Positions 1 through 13,325 of a stretch of DNA of 64,000 nucleotides are shown here, piece by piece (position 1 is the first letter of the stretch; each line of letters opens with the position of its first letter). The position numbers and the translations under genes were made by a program. The notes under the pieces are model-generated. The model worked only from the letters and a program-made list of their open reading frames with translations, searched no databases and had not been told where the DNA came from. Source of the stretch: the human T2T-CHM13v2.0 reference genome, Homo sapiens. Location: NCBI RefSeq assembly GCF_009914755.1, contig NC_060928.1. The stretch is one strand, 5' to 3'.

Positions 1-644
1 TTTATGCTAACCATTTGTTCCCTGTCTTTAAGTGCTTAAACCACAATAAAAACATTTTTTCCCAATGCCATGTTAATTATTAAAAAAAGTTTCCTCTGAC
101 ATTTTGTCTTACATGTAATAGTTTATTATTACGGTGTGTATTAAAGTAATCTGACCATGTATTACAGATTCCAACAACTTGTTATGCATCCTACTGAAAG
201 TCATTTTTATACTTTCATACTGAAAGAACTTAAATTCAAAGGACTCAAACTGAGAGATTTTCACTAGTCCCTTACAGTTGCTTATTAGAAAGCCTTTTCC
301 CTCATAACACAGTGTATTCTGAATCTCCGTGATTCTGGAATGAATTACAGTATATTTGGAGGACATTCCTTCTTAATCCTCTTCTTACAGCTGCCTTTTT
401 CTGTTTTATTTTTTCCTTTGGTTTGTTTATATTTTTTCTAAATGATTAAGTATGAAAATTATCCATGATTTACAAAAGACAAAGATGTAAGTATCCATGT
501 GATTATAGATACAGGAAAATAATCAGAATATATTTTTAAGTGAATATACCACAAAATTCCATCAAATCTATGATCGAAATAATTGTAACTCACCTTGTGG
601 CAAGAAAGGAAAGGTCTCAGTTCTATATTTTACTCTTTAAAATT

Positions 645-2215
645 TGAGAAGAGATGCTTGTATTTTTTTAAAAAGTGAACGTTGATCCTTACAGAGCAAT
701 TTAAACAAAAATTAACCTCACATGTAACATTAGACCTAAATTTAAAACCAAAAACTATAAAATTTCTGGTAAAACATGAGAAAATCTTTTTGAACTACAA
801 TTAGGTGAAGATTTCTTAGGAAACAATACAGGAGAAAACACAAAAGAAAGAACCGATTTTGGACTTCATTAAAATTTAAAACTTCAAAATATACTGTTAA
901 GAAAATTAAAAGACAAGCCTTGGGTTGTGATAAAATACTTGTAAGACACGTATCTGGAAAAGGACTTGTACCTAGAATACATATGAGGATGATTACAACT
1001 CAATAATAAGAAAACAACACAACTTTTTTAAATGGGAAAAACATTTTAACAGATACTTCATCAAAGAAATAAGTACATAAAAAGATGCTCACCTCCAATA
1101 TTTATTAGGGAAATTCAAATTATAATCACAATTAGATATCACTGCTCTCCAGAATGGCTGAGATTTCAAAACACTTATCATACCATATGGTGACTTGGAT
1201 GTAGGGCACTCTCATACACTGTTAAGGGAAATGCAAAATCATACAGCCACTTTGGAGAACCGTGTGTCAGTTTCTTCTAAAGTCACATATATCTAACTTA
1301 TCATGTGTTTTAGGATTCTCATTCCTAGGTATTTACTCAAAAGAAATAAAATTATATGCTTCAACAAAGACCTGTGCATAGATATTGTATTAGTCTGCTC
1401 AGACTGTTATAACAAAATACCATAGACTGGCCAGCTTAAACAGTAGAATTTTATTTCTAAGAGTTCTGGAGCCTGAGAGCTTCAAGATCAAGGGGCAGGC
1501 AAGGTAAGTTTCATTATGAGGCCTCTTCTTTTGCCTTGTAGTTGGCTATCTTCTCAATATGTACTCACATGGTAAAGAGAGAAAGCAAGCTATTGGGTGT
1601 CTCTTCCTATAGGGACACTAATCCCATTGTGATGACCCCACCCACAGGACCTCATATAAACTTAATTACCTCCTTAAGGCTCCATTTCCAAAGACCATCG
1701 CTTTAGAGATTGGGGCTTCAACATATAAATTTTGGAGATATATAAACATTGAGTCCACAACAGATAATGTATAATAACTCTGTTAAAATAGCCAACAAAT
1801 GGAAACAACTCAAATATTATTAATTACTGAATGAACAAATTGTGGCATATCTATACAATAAAAGACTGCTTAGCAATAAAAAGAAGTAAATTATTGATAC
1901 ATGCAAAAACATGGGTGAATCTCAAAAAAATAAGCCAGATCCAAAAGGCAACACAGTATGTGATTATATTTACATGACATAGAAAAGTCAAAACTATATT
2001 CAGGAATTCAATTGGTAGTTGCTAGGGGACAGGTGTAGAAGAAGGAAACTGACTACAAAGGAGAACAAGGAAACTTTTAGGGGTGAGGAAAATATTCAAT
2101 TTTTTATTGTGGTAGAAAACAGAGTATACATGACTGAATACATTTATCAAAACCCATCAAACTGTACACTTTAAACTGTGAATTTTACTGTATGTAAAGT
2201 ATACTTCAACAAACC
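645..2215 (+). mobile_element. Old L1 (L1M-type) ORF2 3' end and 3'UTR fragment, interrupted by an MLT1 LTR
   Basis: Degenerate L1 motifs 'ggacttcattaaaatttaaaacttc', 'aaaagatgctca', 'atacagccactttgga', 'ttcctaggtatttactcaaaagaaataaaa'. The L1 resumes after 1767 with 'tggaaacaactcaaat'. Confidence 0.8.
1386..1762 (-). mobile_element. MaLR solo LTR (MLT1-type) nested in L1
   Basis: TG...CA termini ('tgtattagtctgctcagactgttataacaaaataccatagactgg' to 'agtccacaaca'), with an imperfect 5-bp TSD gatat/gataa. Confidence 0.8.
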
Positions 2216-2591
2216 TGACTTCAGTTCGGAAACCAAAAAGAGAATATGAAAAATTGAAAAGAGTAACAAGAAGCCTAGGAATAACCCCCACAGCCCTAAA
2301 CCACTCCAGAAAGGCAGATTGGGTAGCATTAGTCCTGAGAGGGTTACTGACTCATTCAACATTCACGTGCCATTTAATCTGTAGTTGTTGGTCATATACA
2401 AATGCATGGCCCAATCTCTCAAGAAGCTCAGTGCCTAGTGGAGTAGAATCGCTATATCAGTGCACCCAGAATTCTACAGAAGTGTAAAGTATGATAACAA
2501 AAATAACATGCTTGTCTAACATTTCACCTTCCAAAGCTTCCCTCCCCATATTTTGGATGAGGAAAAATCACTGCAATTTAATATTCAAAGA

Positions 2592-2945
2592 TGCTATGGA
2601 CTGAACTGTGTCCCCCTCAAATTCATATGCTGAAGCCCTTACCTCCAATGTGATGGTATTTGGAAACGGGTCCTTGGGAGGTAAAGTTCAGATGAGGTCA
2701 TGAAGGAGAGACTGTCATGATGAAATTATGTGTCCCTATTAGAAGGTGTCCCTATTAGAAGTTGTCCCTATTAGAAGGGACACCAGATAGTTTGTTTCCT
2801 CTGTTTCTCTCTTCACCATGTGAGCACACAGCAAGAAGAAACCTCAGAATGAAAGCTACCTTGCTGGTACCTTGATCTTAAACTTTCCAGCCTCCAGAGC
2901 TGTGAGAAATAAATTTCTGTTGGTTAAGCTACCCAATCTATGCTA
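2592..2945 (+). mobile_element. MaLR solo LTR (MLT1A-like)
   Basis: Starts 'tgctatggactgaactgtgtccccctcaaattcatatgctgaagccct' and has the typical 'ttccagcctccagagctgtgagaaataaatttctgttg'. Confidence 0.8.
2731..2778. repeat. 16-bp tandem repeat x3 (tgtccctattagaagg) inside the LTR
   Basis: Read directly: units at 2731-2746, 2747-2762 (one mismatch) and 2763-2778. Confidence 0.95.
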
Positions 2946-3257
2946 CAAGGGCCCTCAGCTTTCAGAGTTTCAGTTAACAGTAAGGAGACTTGGAGAGGCA
3001 CTATAATGATCAAACACCCTAACTCAATGCCAGATCTTCTGTAACTAACACTAAACTACACTAACAAATATATTGGAGTCAGGTCACTTTCTCATTAGAA
3101 TAGCAGGTTAAAATAGTAAAAATTATAAGTCATGAAATCCTGAACATATTTGATGCAAAGATGTCTGGAAGGGGAAAGAGAGTTGGTAAGAGGGAAGGGA
3201 AGAGGGCAGCAACTTTACTATGAATACCACATAAGGCAACCTAACACTTAGGGAAAA

Positions 3258-3486
3258 AAACATGGGCTTTGGAGAAGAGCCGACGTAGATTCAAATCCTA
3301 GCCCTTTCCCTCATAAGCTGTGTGTGATCTTGAGCAAGTTATTTAAACTCTGAAGCTGAGTCTCCTCATCAGTAAAATGGAGATAATAAGCAATTCCTAC
3401 TTCAGGGGTTGCCGTGAGCATTAAATGAGATACTATATACAAGAAATACTTTACATACAGTAGGTGTTCAACAAATGTTAACAGCC
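3258..3486 (+). mobile_element. MIR SINE
   Basis: 'ttcaaatcctagcc...tgtgtgatcttgagcaagttatttaa...ctcctcatcagtaaaatggagataata...attaaatgagata'. Confidence 0.85.
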
Positions 3487-4207
3487 TTACCTCTATAGTG
3501 AAGGCTGAACCAAGGCTGAACTTAGAAAGCCAGCTCACTGAAGTACAACTAAACAGCCAAGTGAGCTCTATCAAATAAATATAAACTGGAATCCATTTCT
3601 CAGCAGGACCTCATTCAGATAATATTTAAAATAAGTGAATTATTGAAGCTTAAAATCAAAACACAGTCCCTGTCATATTATGTGCAAATAATAAATATTT
3701 GTAGTAAAAAGAACTATAGCTAAATGATTTGATTTAAGAGGACTAATGCCTGATGATAGAATGAGAAGCCTCTGTACCAGAAAAGTGAAGAAATGTTTTA
3801 AGTTAGGTAAGAATAGAAGAACCTTATCAAAGTACCTCAAATACCACCACCTTATTCTCTACCTTTACTCACCCTACTTATTGATTGATGCCGATTATAA
3901 CATTTTGAAAAAGGAGAAAGTGGGAAAACCTAAAGACCACTGAGATATTCTATAGAGCAAAAACTTGTTAATTTCTGAAACAGTTGATCTATATAACCAG
4001 GAATGGAAATAATACTAAATAATACTTGAAAATATAATTATCATTTTGAATTATTCCTAATAGAGCCTGCATAGAATACACAATCCATAATGACCCAGAG
4101 TCCATTAGTCTCAACTAACAGCACAAAGAAATTTCAAATACTCTTTTAACGCTGGTCTTCAGGAGTCCAAAGGCCGTTGTATTAGATTCACTCTGTGAAT
4201 GGTAAGC

Positions 4208-4225
4208 ACTGACCTCTAGTGGCAA
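4208..4225 (-). promoter_or_regulatory. Candidate CTCF-binding motif
   Basis: The minus strand reads TTGCCACTAGAGGTCAGT, close to the CTCF core CCASYAGRKGGCR, in apparently non-repeat DNA. Motif match only. Confidence 0.45.
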
Positions 4226-6559
4226 GCATGATTAATCACAGCTCTGTCCTTCAGTGACCCCAGGGAAAACACCCACACCAAGGTAGAGGCTTCCTTACGG
4301 AATACAGTTTTGGAGGCTGGCAATGTCAAATGAGATCAAATTTATACCTCTTTAAAAAAAAACCATGAGCACTTCTCCTACCTCCTGATGGAAATCCCAA
4401 AGGGGTGATGTGTTGAGTTTGATAGAAATACTCTAAGAAACTGAGAATAAAGACTCTGGCCTTTCTAATATTTAGAATTTGGATGTATGACCTCATGAGC
4501 CCACCACACAGACATGAAAAGCAGTGGAGACTCAATGATCATACATATGCCTCTGTTTACTCCTTTATAATATTCCATGAGGAGCTTCTAAAGACACTGG
4601 TCAATTAAAAACAGGGCTAGAAACTCCTCTATGCAGAAAAATGATTGACTTTTGGGAAAGTACAGAAAAAACAAAAGACAGTATCCACCCTCAAGTACAT
4701 CAGAAATTAATAGAGCAGAGAGGATGCAAGTTAATTTGTTTTTCTACCTCTGTAGAAGAATCAAACACTCAAGCAATGGCAAATTTAAAAATACGGGGAA
4801 GGAGACAAAAAGCAGAAGAGATACATCAAGTGACTATAAATTTATGGGTTTTAATTTTCTTAAAAAAAGGGGGTAGAAGTGATCTTAAAGATAAATTATG
4901 TATTCCAATTCTATCATTTATAAAGAGAGGGATTGAGGTCCCAAATCAAAAAGCAGAAAACCGAAATTCAAAACCCCACATCAGACCACATGACCTACCT
5001 TTAAGAACTAAACTTTTGTTCAATTTGGACTTTGAAAGAAATCTGGAATATAAAATAGATTATTTGAAAGGAAACTTTTTCTCCTCTAGCTACACTTGGA
5101 GATAAGCTCAATGAATGAAATACGCATTTACCATTGCCTAATGCAAATGGATAAAGAATGAAGGTGATACTGGATAATTTGGTATGCTTTTATTTCATCT
5201 TGTACGTTAAGTTCAATTTTATACCTCCAAAATGATTCCAAATATATCTCATTTAAGGTACAATATTCTGTCTTTCATTTTTCTTTTGCATATAAATATC
5301 AGCCAAATTCAAATTACTTCTAGTAGATATTTCCCCTTCTCTTTTTCTTTCCCTCATTAACAACATTTGCTTCTCTGTTTTCACTCCAGGCAGCAAAGCT
5401 GAATAGATTGTTTAATACTATTTTCCTAGAACATCTAAAAGTAAGAAAGAAGAGAGTAGAAATCTGTGGAAAAATCTTTTCTTCAAGATTTCCATGTAGG
5501 GGTTTCAGATTGTTTGGATGAGTTTCAAATAAACATCCCTCTTCTTAATGTAGTTTGATGCATATTTTTAGCCTCCAGAGGGGAACACTGATCTGCTAAA
5601 ATTGTCATATTTCAGCTAAATTATAATTTGCTAATCCCTTAAGGCTACCGGACAGGCTCCATGTCTATTCAGACAGGCTTTAATATAAATAATGTTTTAA
5701 ACAAAGTTGATAAAAGTTTATTTTGGGAAAAGTAAAATGGCATAGAGTAGAGGTATGACTCATCCAATACTCCCCTTCTACTTCATGATGTAGGAATAAA
5801 ATACATTATACTATGTAATAAACTCTGTTGTTAAACATATATTTAGGGGCTAAATTCAGGGATAATTTATTATGAGTAATAAAAGGTTACCATATAGACA
5901 CAAAAGAACTTTTATTTTTAAAGATATAGAAAATTGTGAATACAACTCTCTCTATATAACACACACTATTATAAATGCATAATAAAAAACCCTACTGAAC
6001 ATAATTTATTCATTTTTGATGACTGATTCGGATTTTGCCATGTTTCAGTATTACTCTGTGAATATCAATTACCATTGGACATGGACTCAAATGTTGGTTT
6101 AAACAGGTATTATTAACATAATATTAGACAAATAACCATCAGACTTGATAAGTTTAGCTCCCACTGGGAAGAGAGTTTTACTTGTGATTCTATCACTCAA
6201 AGTAGCACAGGATGAAGCAGGATGTTAAACTTGGCTTTGCAAGAGAGCCTAAAACCACACAGCAACTTCTGCACAAAAACTTTGTGAATGAAATGTTCAC
6301 ATTTTTTACTATGAGAATTTTCCTTGTTTTGACACTCATTTCACTTCTAGAAATCTCCCCTAAGAACATTATCCTGCAAACAAATATGTATGAAGATAAT
6401 CATTTCAACATTATTTAAAATGCCAAAATAATTGGATGAAGCTAAATGTTCAACATGAGGAACCGTTAAATTCAATAGTGTATAGTTGTATGATGAACTC
6501 TTCTATGCCATTACAGATTATGTTCCATGAAGTTTAAAAAACATGAGAAAAGACTCATA

Positions 6560-7730
6560 TCAAACCGCAATGAGATACCATCTCACACCAGTCAGAATGA
6601 CTATGATTAAAAATACAAAAAATAACAGACGTTGGCAAGGTTGCACAGAAAAGGGAATGCTTATATATCATTGGTGGGAAAGTAAATTAACTCAGCCATA
6701 GTGGAAAGCAGTTTGGAGGTTTCTCAAAGAACTTAAAACAGAACTATTATTCAACCCAGCAATCTCATTACTGGGTATATTCCTAAAGGATAAATTGTTC
6801 TACCAAAAAGACACAAGCACTTGTATGTTCATCACAGCACTATTCACAACAGCAAAGTCATGGAGTCAACCTAGATGCCCATCAATGGTGGATTGGAAAA
6901 AGAAAATGTGGTACCTGTACATCATGGAATACTAAGCAGCCATTAAAAAGAATGAAATTATGTCTTTTGCATCCACATGGATGCAGCTGGAGGTGATAAT
7001 CCTAAGTGAAATAACACAGGAACAGAAAACCAAATACCACATGTTCCCACTTATAAGTGGGAGCTAAGCATTGAGTACACATGTGTAATGATGTGGTTTG
7101 GATTTGTGTCCTTGCTCAAATCTCAAGTTCAGCTGTAATCCCCAATGATGGAGATGAGGGCTGCTGGGAGGTGATTAAATCCTAGGAGTGGTTTCTCACG
7201 AATGGTTTATCACCATCCCCCTCTGTACTATCCTCATGATAGCGAGCGAGTTCTCATAATATATGGTTGCTTTAAAGTGTATAGCACCTTCCCCACTCTC
7301 TCTTGCTCCTGCTCCAGCCATGTAAGATGTGCCTGCTTCCCATTCACCTTCCCCCATGATCATAAGTTTCCTGAGGCTTCCCTGGAAGCTTAGAAGATGC
7401 CAGCATCATGCTTACTACACAGCCTGCAGAGCTATGAGCCAATTAAATCTCTTTTCTTCATAAATTACCCAGTCTCGGGCATTTCTTTATAGCAGTGCAA
7501 GAATGGACTAGTACATATGTAAAGGTGAGAACAACAGACACCGGGGGACTGCTAGAGGGAAGAAGGAGGGAGGGACAGGGGCCAGAGTTGAAAAACTATC
7601 TCCAGGTACTGCGCTCACTACCTGGAGATGGATCATTCATACACCAAAGCTCAGCAACATGCAATTTACCCATGTACCAACTCTGCACACGTAGCCCCTG
7701 ATCCTAAAATAAAGGTTTTTTTAAAAAAAA
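6560..7730 (+). mobile_element. 5'-truncated primate L1 (L1PB or older L1PA type) 3' end, interrupted by an LTR
   Basis: 'caatgagataccatctcacaccagtcagaatg', 'aacccagcaatctcattactgggtatat', 'cagccattaaaaagaatgaaattatgtcttttgca'. The 3'UTR ends in 'ctaaaataaagg' plus an A-rich tail. Confidence 0.85.
7089..7515 (+). mobile_element. MaLR solo LTR (MST/THE1D-type) nested in L1
   Basis: 'tgatgtggtttggatttgtgtcc...ccatgatcataagtttcctgaggc...taaattacccagtctcgggcatttctttatagcagtgcaagaatggactagtaca'. Confidence 0.85.
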
Positions 7731-8429
7731 CTCTGACAGGCCTTGACTGTTAAAATTATTTTTTCTTATTCTGAAGTTTAGTATTAGAAAGTTCACTGGG
7801 CTGTATATTATGCTATTACTCTAGCCTAAATTTTGTCAGTAATAAAAGTAAGATTTTTGACTCAAAAATGTTGAGTAAAAAACAAAATGTACATACAAAT
7901 ATGAATTTAATTTTATTAAAATATCATAAAATTGAAAGAACAAAATAATAAGCACCATTTTAATGGGGTTGTGGATTATTGATACTAACTTTTGTCTTTA
8001 AAAGGCTGTTTCTTCAAGACATTTTGAGGCAGAAAAACAAAAAATGGTATTTAATACATTTTATCTATGGTGAAGTCACTAAACTTCTGTTTTTGGTTGA
8101 AATTGCATGCATATTTCATTCCTTTACTGTTTTTTCTCTCTCAGCATGCATCTCATACCAGACTACAAGGCACACAATAAGGGTAAAGCTTTAGTGTACC
8201 TAATTCTTTATAGCTTTTACATTCTTTGCATTTTTTATTTGGCGTTAATAACAATCTCAAGAGGAGGAAGGATATAGGTACTTATACGATTCTTAAATTT
8301 TCTGTTATTAATATAGACATTTAAGTATATTAATATCCATAGCAGATGTTATTAAAATAAACATAATAAAGCATCAAACACTAAAAGAATCATAGGTTTA
8401 AATCCTAGTTGCTCTGCTTAGAAAAGTTA

Positions 8430-8750
8430 GATCTCAACTCAAATGTCACCTTTTCATGGAGGTCCTCCTCTGATGTGCACTGTCCCCCACCCCATGTCTC
8501 AGTCAATCTTCACATTACCCGTCATTGTCTTTATAACACTTAACAGTATCTGAAATGATTTATGTATTTTTTACTTGTTTAATGCTTACATCTCCTGTCA
8601 CCACCACTCCCAAGAATGCACCTCCAGGGAAAGAAGAATCTTATTCTCCTCCCATCCGTCTACTGTTTTCTCCTTAATACCTAGAGCAGTGCTGGGCCTA
8701 GTGTGGAAATTTCATAAATATGTACTGAATATGTGAATGAATGAGCAAGA
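8430..8750 (+). mobile_element. L2 3' end fragment
   Basis: 'ctcaaatgtcacc...cctagagcagtgctgggc...ataaatatgtactgaatatgtgaatgaatga'. Confidence 0.65.
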
Positions 8751-11489
8751 TTTCTGTAAAATGGAGCTTTAGTGCATAATATGTACTGAATATGTGAATC
8801 AATGAGCAAGATCTCTCCTCCCCTGTAAAATGGAGATAATCATACCTACCTTACAGACTTATGTCAAAGAACAGATTAGATAACATGTGAAAAAAACTTC
8901 ATATCTTAAACACTGTCATTTTATTATTCCCCTGTTAACTTATTATAGCATACAGGGGTCCTGCACAAAGTTTTTTCCATGTCATGGTAATGTTACCAGT
9001 ATTATACCCCAAGAGCTTCCTAGGCATTTTTTTTCTAAAAGGCAAAGTCGCATTATGTGCGCTAATAAAATACCTATTAAAGAACTCTAATTAAAACCAC
9101 TGATAGTAAACAATGACAGTAATCTGTTTGGATTCTAATTAGATAGATTATGTGACCATTGAAGAAAAGCAAAAGCCAGATCAGCTCTTCTAGATGGCTT
9201 GGACAAGGCCTGATAATGCTCTTTAAATGCTAAGAGAAATAAATCACAAGATGTCAAATAATCAACAATCATGTTTTGAAGACTTACCTATCCTCAAGGT
9301 CATGCTAGGTGATATATTCACACGTGGAATAACTGCACAGCCTGGTTATACATTATTTCCTTTATTGTCTCAAAAGGATACTTGGTCTGAAAGAAAATAA
9401 AGGCCATATTTTGACTTTGATGATTTGTGGAACCCAAAAAGATTTATAATTTTATAAACCAAAATGTTGCCACATTTTAGAACGCCAGAGAGGCTAAAGA
9501 AATTATTCAAAGACACACAGCTACTTAGCGGCTCAGTCATATACACCTTTTAATTCAGCTAAATTTAAATGCCATTGATGGTACTTGAAGGTCTTTGGCT
9601 TTGTACTAACCTCCTGTGGTTTGAGAGCAACCTAGGAACATGCACAATGTTAAACATCTTAGGAATATAGTTCACTAAGCAGTTGTTTGGTTAGTTGGTT
9701 GAATATTTCCTCAGGCTGAACGAAGTTTCCAGCTGTCTCTGATTTACCTTAACTTGAAAATAGAGATAATAATGACCTTGGTACATTTTTTAAATCTAGA
9801 GTTCCTGAAGTCTTATCCCGTGTACTAACTTAAGTACAGCACTTACATTTTTTATCGTAAATGTTCTATACAAAATAACATATCTCTTAATCTCCTGCCT
9901 TCATAAAGAAGAGAAATCTATCTCACTGAAAAGCCTTTCTTGCAAACCCATGCTGTAATGTTGGAAATCTCTTTGCTTTGGCCTGAATTTTAAGCTGGAT
10001 GTATATAATTTGACTTGACTTTCTCTCTGCTAAGTTATATTTGAACTCTCTCTCTCTGTTAGACTGTTTTAATTCCAAATGAATCTTTTCAAAGCACCTG
10101 ACATTTGTGGTATGCATGACTACATGGTTACAGACAAAATAGTAAAATATATAAAAGACTTGTTACACATCTGGAGAAAATAAATTCTTTTCAATGCAGG
10201 AAGGGACATTCTACATTACACATTAACTTCCCATTTTGACCATTAAACACTAGTGCACTAATATTTAAAACAGTAAGATAAAAGTGAAAAATACAGGATT
10301 GCTTATAATTTGATTTCTGATTGCATGGGTATAATATTATAGGTAACAGCTTTTTGTAAGAAATTTGTATGGAACTCAAACATCCGTAAATCTCAATAAT
10401 ACTATATATTGCTTACTATATTGTGCAATGAAATTTGATAACTATAAAAAAAGCAAACTCAATTATTATTTTAGTGTTAGCATTACTACTGAATTTTTAT
10501 TATTTTTATTAAGTAAACCCATAATATATAAAGTAAATATTAGTCTTTTGCTAGTCAGACTATTTAATTTAGCCAGAATATTTTATTCTTTAGCCATTTG
10601 GTTATGTAAGAGATTACTGAAACACAAAACTAACAAGAAATTAGTCAACTGTTTATTCCTTCATTCCTAACAAAATGGAAAGCTTTTAGTTTAATACAAG
10701 TTAACAATTATTTTTGAGTCTCTATTATGTGTTCAACATTGCTCTAGAAAGAAACATTGGTCACCGAAAACAGTTCTTGAAATACCAGTTCTTGAAAACA
10801 GCTCTTGAAATACTATGTTTGGAAATACTGAGCTATTTGGCATTTGTTGGAAATCGGTGACTATATGCTCAGGCAAAAAGTCTTAGAACTTGTATTGGAA
10901 TAAACTCAGAATAAAATTTACAGTGGTGAGATCTTTACAAAAATATATTCAATGTATTAAAAATTCTGTAGGCATTATTATTTTATGTGTACTGTGCAAT
11001 ATTTGTTTCTAATTATATAACAATGAAAGACAGCATTCTATTGGTAGGTCCTACTTCTATTCTCAGCAGAAGAAAGTGAATAGCTGAGATGGCCTACTGC
11101 TTTCAGTAAAGACCCTCAGACCACACCACTTGAAACTGATTTCAAAGAAGCTTCCCCTGTTCTCAGATCACACCATCTTGTTTTTTCCTGCTGGAGGCTA
11201 GTCTTTCATCAATCAATTAGAGGATTTTAAAGCTACACTTAAATTTTAAAGCTACATTTAAAATTGCGCCTATTGGGCAACTTGGCCCAAATTTAGCACT
11301 TCTTCACCTTGCTTTTGCAGTTGTTCACTTCCTCTCAGGAGTTGTATCACATTCCTTTGCAGACAGAGACTATATCTATTTATTCACTTATCTCATTAAA
11401 GCCTAAAACAGTGCTTTGCATATAGAAAGTACTCAAATACTTTGTGAATAACTTAATAAATTATTAAATAAAATAAAAATAGGTAATCA

Positions 11490-11985
11490 CTAGGAAATAT
11501 TTTTCTGCATAATATTATTCTATAGTTTAGTGACTTAAAAGAACAATTTATTTAGCCCATGAGTCTGCTGGTACAATTTATGCCAGACTCAGCTAAGTGA
11601 TCTTGGCTTGCACAAGCATCTATAGTCAACTAGCAGGCCAGGGAGATGGACTGATTGGCTGGTACAGGGAGATAGCTAGGACAGTTCAGCTTTGCTCCAC
11701 ATGGTCCCTTATTCTCCATCACAACAGCCTGCGTTTGTTATCATGCAGGGGCAGGATTCCAAGAAAGAAGGGCAGAATTATGCAAGGCCATTGGAAGTCC
11801 AGGCTCAGAACTCAGTACAGTCACTTCCACAGCATTCTATTGGCTAAAGAAAGTCATGAGGACAGCCCAGATTCAAACTGTGGGGAAATAGGCTCCACTT
11901 CATGATGACAGGAGCTTCAAAATTTTATTGCAGAATGTGTGCATACATGGAGGAGTGAAGATTTAGATACATTTTTTTTGCAACC
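11490..11985 (-). mobile_element. Old MaLR LTR (MLT1J/K-like)
   Basis: 'gtcacttccacagcattctattggctaaagaaagtcatgaggacagcccagattcaa...ctccacttcatgatgacaggagc'. Confidence 0.65.
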
Positions 11986-12483
11986 AATTTTTTGCAGGAG
12001 TTTTTTATTTGCTGGTCTTTGTTTTTACTGAGAATCTCACAAAAGAAAAGGTAACCATAACTCTAACTGTAACAAAAGGGAAGGACTTATAATATATATT
12101 ATATATTATACTGGAACAAAAGGTATGAGCTACAGTTCTTCTTGCCTAAAAGAATATGATGTCCCCTTTGTAGAGAAGTTGTTCTTTCTAAGGATCCAGC
12201 CCCAACAATAGAAAGAAAATAGATAAGCTAATTGGCTAGATTTCCTCTCTGCCTAGTATTCCTCATTCTATGAAAGGTTTTATTATTGCTTTAGGACGTT
12301 CATAAGTTCAGGGACTGACACCTACACAGTGCTAGAAAGAGGCAAAGGTTCAGCCAAGGTCATCTGCTCATCAAGTCTCCCTGCCCTCCACTTGGAGTTG
12401 GACTTTTTAGTGGGACACTGGAATGGAGTTTAAACAAGCCAGGTTATAAAAGAAAAATAGGAAGAGAATAAATATCTGCATGG

Positions 12484-12881
12484 TGATAAAATAAAAGCTT
12501 CGGTCGAATTATATTTAAAGGAGTTTAATTGAGCAATGAATGATTCACAAATCGGGGAGACTTTCAAGCCAGAGTAGGCTCCGGACTCCAGCGCAGCCAT
12601 GTGGTAGAAGAAGATTTATGGACAGAAATAGGAAAGTGATGTACAGAAAAAGGAAGTGAGGTACAAAAACAGCTGGATTAATTACAGGTTGGGGTTTGCC
12701 TTATTTGAACACAGTTTGAGCAGTTGGCTACATTTGATTGGCCAAAACTCGATGATTGGCACAAGTGTAGGCTACGGCCTGTTTACACCTCTACTTGTTC
12801 TAGTTCACAGTGTACAGAAAAACCTTTAGGCCACACTTAAAACATGTAAGGAGGCAGCTTTAGGCTAAACTTGATTGAACA
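12484..12881 (-). mobile_element. ERV1 solo LTR, MER57-type
   Basis: The reverse strand begins TGTTCAATCAAGTTTAGCCTAAAGCTGCCTCCTTACATGTTTTAAG, as in MER57. Perfect 4-bp TSD atgg at 12480-12483 and 12882-12885. Confidence 0.85.
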
Positions 12882-12929
12882 ATGGTTTGTACCTGCATAC
12901 CCTTCAAGATTCATCTGAACCATGTTTAC

Positions 12930-13325
12930 ACACTTCTTGAATATTCCATGCTGCTTTCTGCAACAGGGTCTCATAGCCCATATTGCTCTCTATGCCTGGA
13001 AAGTTATCCTCTCTACCCACTTCATCTGGTTAACTTCCATTCTTCCTTTAAATGTTGTAGCTCAGACAATCCTTCCTTGACCCAAAACTATATGAAAGTT
13101 GTTCTGCTAGATGTTTTCTTAGAACATTCTTTCCTTTCATCATATTTATCTCCGTTTGTACAATTGTGTGATTATTTGATTGAGATCTATCTCTCTCACA
13201 GACTAAAGGCTTCATGAGGGCAGGGGCAATTCCGGTTTTCCTCTCCCTTGTATTTCTGTTGCTCACACAGTGCTTACCTCATAGCGGTTGTTTGCCAAAT
13301 GTGGGTTGGTTAATGAGTGAATGCG
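12930..13325 (+). mobile_element. L2 3' end fragment
   Basis: 'tgctctctatgcctggaa...agactaaaggcttcatgagggcagggg...cacagtgcttacctcatag...ttaatgagtgaatg'. Confidence 0.65.

Noticed and set aside
4641-5105. Longest ORF in the track (154 aa)
   Set aside because: No recognisable domain. The Lys/Ile-rich composition is expected from A-rich non-coding DNA, and I see no exon context.
10770-10815. Three short repeats of cagttcttgaaa-like sequence (also 19-bp and 17-bp doublets at ~11225-11262 and ~14130-14163)
   Set aside because: Ordinary slippage micro-duplications with no spacers; not CRISPR-like.
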